Virus record (IMG/VR): IMGVR_UViG_3300009177_000006
Location: 5,488-69,487 of that record
DNA: 64,000 nt
From: a virus
Strand: one strand, 5' to 3'
This document shows, piece after piece, positions 60,298 to 64,000 of the stretch; the first letter of the stretch is position 1, and each line of letters begins with the position of its first letter. The notes below the pieces were generated by a model, which was not told where the DNA came from, ran no database searches, and saw only the letters and a program-made list of their open reading frames with translations. The translations under genes and the position numbers were made by a program.

Positions 60298-60524
60298 AAA
60301 ATAAACCACTGGTGACATTCAAAGACGAAGGCGATACAGGACCAGTTACATCGTACACAACTGATGCACGACCGCCGGTGAACGAACGCGGTATGTTAGT
60401 TATACCGTTAGTTGAATATGGCACGGTTGACTTAGATAACGGCGTTACAGAACACGGTTGGCTAACCATCGAACAAGCCGCTCGTTTAGCTGTTAACCTA
60501 GGCGCCGATTTTATGGAGTTGTAA
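60276..60524 (+). CDS. hypothetical protein
   Basis: Coupled to next gene; start probably MKNKP. Confidence 0.5.
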   Translation: MPRLQRMKNKPLVTFKDEGDTGPVTSYTTDARPPVNERGMLVIPLVEYGTVDLDNGVTEHGWLTIEQAARLAVNLGADFMEL

Positions 60525-61033
60525 TGAATCGTAAACGTCAATCGAAGATCAAAAAGTTTTTAGACAATCAACCGACTGTCGCTTGCCGTGGTCTATGTCA
60601 TGGAAGTTGTACCGTGATTGGCATGACACCGACCGAGTTCGTACAGTTAACGCGAGTATCAGGTAAAGAGCCGAAGGTCACGCCTGATATGAAATGTAAT
60701 TACCTTGTCGATAACCGTTGCTCAGTCTACGAGTACCGACCGATGGTCTGCCGTCAGTTTGGTACGACCGAAAGGTTACCGTGTCCGTATGGCTGTGTAC
60801 CGTCCCGGCTGATGACTGAGGTCGAAGGCTACGAGCAGTTACGTAAATTCTCAGAGTTGTGCGGTGACGATCCTTACGCAGTCAAGTACAACGGTACACG
60901 TAAACAGATTTACGATAACTACATTGCCGAAGGTATCCCGGCTGACATCGCTCAATCGATGTTGCCGCCATTAAACCATGAGGAGAATCAAGAACTATGC
61001 GAGTCGATAATAAACCAGATGAGAAAGTCTTAA
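60524..61033 (+). CDS. YkgJ-family Cys cluster protein
   Basis: CRGLCHGSC..CNYL..RCSVYEYRPMVCRQFG. Confidence 0.85.
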   Translation: MNRKRQSKIKKFLDNQPTVACRGLCHGSCTVIGMTPTEFVQLTRVSGKEPKVTPDMKCNYLVDNRCSVYEYRPMVCRQFGTTERLPCPYGCVPSRLMTEVEGYEQLRKFSELCGDDPYAVKYNGTRKQIYDNYIAEGIPADIAQSMLPPLNHEENQELCESIINQMRKS

Positions 61034-61635
61034 GCATTATCAAAGCCGGTTGTACGAAAGAGTTCTTTCTAAAAAACCTTAAGCGTTGTGATATCCGTGA
61101 CGAGCAAAAAGATGTGTATGACATCTACGTTAGCGCAGACCTCGATATTGACGATTACATCGACCGTTTCCGTCATCGTAGCGTTAACCCTGTCTCGCCT
61201 GAGAAAGCCGCTGAGATGGCTTGGAATCGCTTGGAATCGATACTACAGCGTAAAGGTCAGGTCAATATGCACGGCGTATACATAACCGGCTACGAGTCCG
61301 TCCCGGTCTACACGCGCTCAAAGAAACCGCTTGCGTGGCAAGAGGATTACGCCACGGTTGTCTTATGCCTCGATAGCTTTACCGAACTGTGGATGGGCGC
61401 TGGCGGTATCATGTTACCGAGCGAGTGTGGTTCTGGTCTTAACTACTTTAGCACTCACCTTGATAACGTACAGTTCGCCAACAAGCGGTTAGCGATTGAC
61501 GAAGGTCTACGTCAAATCAACCTCAAGTTACAGAACACGCGCTCAGGATCGAAACAAGACGAGGCGGTAATAAAGCGTTTTCCAAAAGAGATGCAAACGT
61601 TTTTGAACCGGCTCAATCTTGGTGTCTACACCTAA
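60997..61635 (+). CDS. hypothetical protein
   Basis: 212 aa ORF; operon continuity. Confidence 0.65.
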   Translation: MRVDNKPDEKVLSIIKAGCTKEFFLKNLKRCDIRDEQKDVYDIYVSADLDIDDYIDRFRHRSVNPVSPEKAAEMAWNRLESILQRKGQVNMHGVYITGYESVPVYTRSKKPLAWQEDYATVVLCLDSFTELWMGAGGIMLPSECGSGLNYFSTHLDNVQFANKRLAIDEGLRQINLKLQNTRSGSKQDEAVIKRFPKEMQTFLNRLNLGVYT

Positions 61636-61707
61636 TGTCTGGCGCGCCAGACAAACTTGCCAAAGGGGATATAATTTAACCGGCTAACAGCCTAGGAGAA
61701 AAACAGA

Positions 61708-62796
61708 ATGCCACGTAAAAAGAAAGATGAGGTCACACCGAGCGTTGACGCCGCCGAGCAAGCGAAAGAGTTTCTCGCTAAACACGGCGCAGACGTTGAC
61801 ACGTATGAAGGTCAGATAACCAACGAGCCTGACGGCAACGACTTGTTGAACGATTTGTTTGAGGATGCCGAGAACGACTTTCGCGATAAGCTTATGGCGT
61901 TCCAAGAGCCGATACCGAAAGAGAAAATCAAGTCGCGTGTCGGTTGGTCTGACCGTAGCGGTAACGAGCACAGAGTTGACTATGTCGAATGGCATTATGT
62001 CGCAGACCGGCTCGATGTCATTGCGCCGCTGTGGTCAAGCGAGATTAAGTCACTCACGTTCTCAAACGGTATGGCTATCTGTATACTCGCTCTGACGATT
62101 GACGGCGTTACTCGTGAAGGTTTGGGTATCGGAGGCGCTGACTCTGAAACGGGACTTAAGAAAGCTGAACACGATGCGCTCAAACGAGCCGCAGTAAAGT
62201 TCGGCGTCGCTCGTGAGTTGTACAGCAAAGAAGGCGAGATAGATGAGAGAGCCGGTGAACCGACTGGTTATCGTCAACGAGGTTCACGGTTCGCCGAAAA
62301 TGACCCGAACACGCCACCGAGCAATCCTGTTGCCGCGAGCGCAGGCGAGATACTCACCGATAAACAGGAAGGTGCGATTGCCGCGATATGTCGCGGTCTG
62401 GGCATCAATCCTGACGAGGAGTGTCAAGCGGTTTTGAAGTGCGAGGTCAAGCAGTTGTCACGTAAGTCGGCGTCATGGTTTATTACCTACCTCGATAAGC
62501 CTGCGCTCACACCGCGACCTCGCTCAGCCGTATCGCCAGACGTGGCAGATGTGATACCGACACAACCGGCTCAACCGGCGTCTGTCAATCAAGGTCGAAT
62601 GATCGAAATGCGACAGGTCAACTCACTTCGGATGCTGTGCAACAAGCTGTCGTTGAGTGAAGGCGAACAGGTCTTAAAGTTCACCGCCAATCGTACCAAC
62701 CAAATCAAGGATATGTCGGTTGCCGAAGGTCAGGCGATGTTTGAAGCATTGTCGGTCAGTGACCAGACGGTTGTACCGATGAGGCAGACAGCCTAA
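61708..62796 (+). CDS. Rad52/Rad22-family (Sak-like) ssDNA annealing protein
   Basis: YVEWHYVADRLD, LTIDGVTREGLG, KKAEHDALKRAAVKFGVARELY. Confidence 0.9.
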   Translation: MPRKKKDEVTPSVDAAEQAKEFLAKHGADVDTYEGQITNEPDGNDLLNDLFEDAENDFRDKLMAFQEPIPKEKIKSRVGWSDRSGNEHRVDYVEWHYVADRLDVIAPLWSSEIKSLTFSNGMAICILALTIDGVTREGLGIGGADSETGLKKAEHDALKRAAVKFGVARELYSKEGEIDERAGEPTGYRQRGSRFAENDPNTPPSNPVAASAGEILTDKQEGAIAAICRGLGINPDEECQAVLKCEVKQLSRKSASWFITYLDKPALTPRPRSAVSPDVADVIPTQPAQPASVNQGRMIEMRQVNSLRMLCNKLSLSEGEQVLKFTANRTNQIKDMSVAEGQAMFEALSVSDQTVVPMRQTA

Positions 62797-62832
62797 ATTT
62801 TTCCTGACGTAGTTTGCTCCTATGTCAAAAGC

Positions 62833-62871
62833 AAAAAGCCGGTCGAACCTTTTACGGTCTGACCGGCTTTT
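62833..62871. terminator. bidirectional intrinsic terminator
   Basis: AAAAAGCCGGTC...GACCGGCTTTT. Confidence 0.7.
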
Positions 62872-62959
62872 CGTTTACCCTTTCTTACCCTAGGAGGTTG
62901 GCTGGAAAGATGTCAGTCGAAGTAGCGGAGAAAATCAAAAACACTGACCATCTACGAGC

Positions 62960-62988
62960 AAAATAGCAGATATTTTTTCGTGCGTCAA
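62960..62988 (-). promoter_or_regulatory. leftward promoter facing the terminator (sRNA candidate)
   Basis: TTGACG-17-TATTTT with extended -10 TG. Confidence 0.45.
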
Positions 62989-63066
62989 GTATTGATTTTA
63001 CCTAGGTTTTGTCTGGCGCGCCAGACAAATTACGAGGATCACTGACGGCTCTAACCCTTAATACGG

Positions 63067-63094
63067 TTGACATCTGGTTTAATATCCGTATAAT
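63067..63094 (+). promoter_or_regulatory. consensus sigma70 promoter
   Basis: TTGACA-16-TATAAT. Confidence 0.75.
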
Positions 63095-63146
63095 CGATGT
63101 GTTAACCAACGGTTAACGTGAGATAAAAACTAGGAGCAAATTACAA

Positions 63147-64000
63147 ATGACAAAGACAGAAATCACCGCAGGAAACATCGTTCGTTTAACCAGTAAGCCA
63201 GAAGTCGGCTCAATCGTTGTTAAGGTATTGAGCGTCAAAGGTGACAAGGCTGAGGTTCAATTCGGCTTGGTTCACGACAATCAATTCGCCGCTCGTATTC
63301 ACTACTCAAAGACAGACCGTAAAACTGCCGTGCGCGGTATGACGGTTAAGCTGTCTGATATCAGTTCGATTATTCTAAAAGGAGAAAAACCAGAAATGTC
63401 TAAAGACGTAAAACCGTTACTTAAACCATCACAGCAAAAGGCCGCAAAGTCCGGCGGTGCTAAGACAGGTGACAAACCTCAGACTCAGGCTGAGATAGAC
63501 GCCGATGCCGCCTTGAAAGATGCCGAGAAAAATCTCAAGAAGGCTCAAGCTGACAAAAAAGCTAAAGACGCCAAAGAGGCAAAAGAAAAGGCTGCACAGA
63601 AAATCAAAGACGAGAAAAAGGCAAAGGCCGAGAAAGAGAGGATCGCCAAAGAAAAGACCGAGGCTAAGGACCGAGCCAAGGCGCTCAAGGAGCAGATGAA
63701 GCCGACAACTCTTGTCGAAGCTGATGTAGCTAAAGAGGCGTCAGCCGGTCGTGCGACTGTGCCAGTTGCCGAAGGTTCGACTGAGATGCAAGTCCCGGTC
63801 GAAACGTTTCTTGAGTTGACCAAGTCCGAAGCTAAAGAGGCGGGTAAGGTCATCGCCAAGGCGGTCAAGAAGTTGAAAGATGACCAAGCGTTGGCGCTCA
63901 AGACAAACCTGTCAGCCGAGGAGGAGGTCGAACGTAAGAAACTCGAAAAGACCGTTCGTGACAACCTTGGCAAGTTCAACTCAGCCGCGATGGAAATCGG
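63147..64000 (+). CDS. K/A/E-rich protein, truncated by window end (absent from the ORF track)
   Basis: ACTAGGAGCAAA RBS, ATG 63147 (MTKTEITAG...), no stop seen in frame. Confidence 0.75.
   Translation, partial: MTKTEITAGNIVRLTSKPEVGSIVVKVLSVKGDKAEVQFGLVHDNQFAARIHYSKTDRKTAVRGMTVKLSDISSIILKGEKPEMSKDVKPLLKPSQQKAAKSGGAKTGDKPQTQAEIDADAALKDAEKNLKKAQADKKAKDAKEAKEKAAQKIKDEKKAKAEKERIAKEKTEAKDRAKALKEQMKPTTLVEADVAKEASAGRATVPVAEGSTEMQVPVETFLELTKSEAKEAGKVIAKAVKKLKDDQALALKTNLSAEEEVERKKLEKTVRDNLGKFNSAAMEI

Larger units (their letters stand above)
1183..63027. repeat. Dispersed perfect 18-bp palindrome TGTCTGGCGCGCCAGACA, 30 exact copies
   Basis: Copies start at 1183, 2408, 5096, 8645, 11428, 12195, 16154, 19717, 21311, 25544, 27487, 30251, 33489, 35549, 36976, 39008, 40652, 42485, 45482, 46588, 47952, 49734, 50732, 51968, 53874, 55345, 58281, 59861, 61636, 63010 (manual count). 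Confidence 0.97.
1..64000. mobile_element. Tailed dsDNA bacteriophage (siphovirus-like) genome segment
   Basis: Ordered terminase-portal-protease-capsid-neck-tail tube-chaperone-tape measure-tail tip-lysis module plus many small phage-type ORFs; no tail sheath; no host housekeeping genes or att junction seen. Confidence 0.95.

Noticed and set aside
1183-63027. 18-bp palindrome as a CRISPR repeat or intrinsic terminator
   Set aside because: Copies are kilobases apart with no spacer array or cas genes; there is no consistent U-tract on the coding strand and 14 copies lie inside genes
1183-63027. Palindrome as a cloning or linker artefact (it contains the AscI site GGCGCGCC)
   Set aside because: Copies respect gene boundaries and a single reading frame without breaking ORFs, which random ligation would not do; raw reads should still be checked
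63545-63979. 144-aa minus-strand ORF and other antisense ORFs inside long genes
   Set aside because: Shadow frames of well-supported genes on the opposite strand
1-64000. Prophage boundaries, integrase, or a diversity-generating retroelement
   Set aside because: No recombinase, reverse transcriptase, TR/VR pair or host genes recognised in the window

Overview
This 64-kb window is a large part of a tailed (siphovirus-like) dsDNA phage genome; no integrase, DNA polymerase or primase was recognised. The minus strand from 6.2 to 42.5 kb carries the lysis, tail, head, portal and terminase-large genes. The minus strand from 46 to 58.9 kb carries small genes, a putative terminase small subunit and a 7-deazaguanine DNA-modification cluster (folE, queE, queD, queC, dpdA-like TGT, ParB-like). 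Plus-strand blocks hold recombination and early genes (Gp157, DUF932, SNF2 helicase, Rad52/Sak). Two signals stand out. (1) An oppositely oriented early operon at 42.6-45.5 kb contains five complete type II hammerhead ribozymes, each directly upstream of a gene's RBS, so the polycistronic mRNA appears to cut itself into separate messages. (2) There are 30 exact copies of the 18-bp palindrome TGTCTGGCGCGCCAGACA, about one per 2.1 kb; 14 lie inside genes and are always read as (L/M/V)SGAPD. Other signals are a second dispersed 29-bp motif, a Hint/intein-like domain on a tail-tip protein, a -1 frameshift in the tail chaperone, a tRNA-like element with an abnormal anticodon arm, and protein hints of an Acidobacteria (Blastocatellia) host. 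All family assignments come from reading motifs by eye; no database searches were run.
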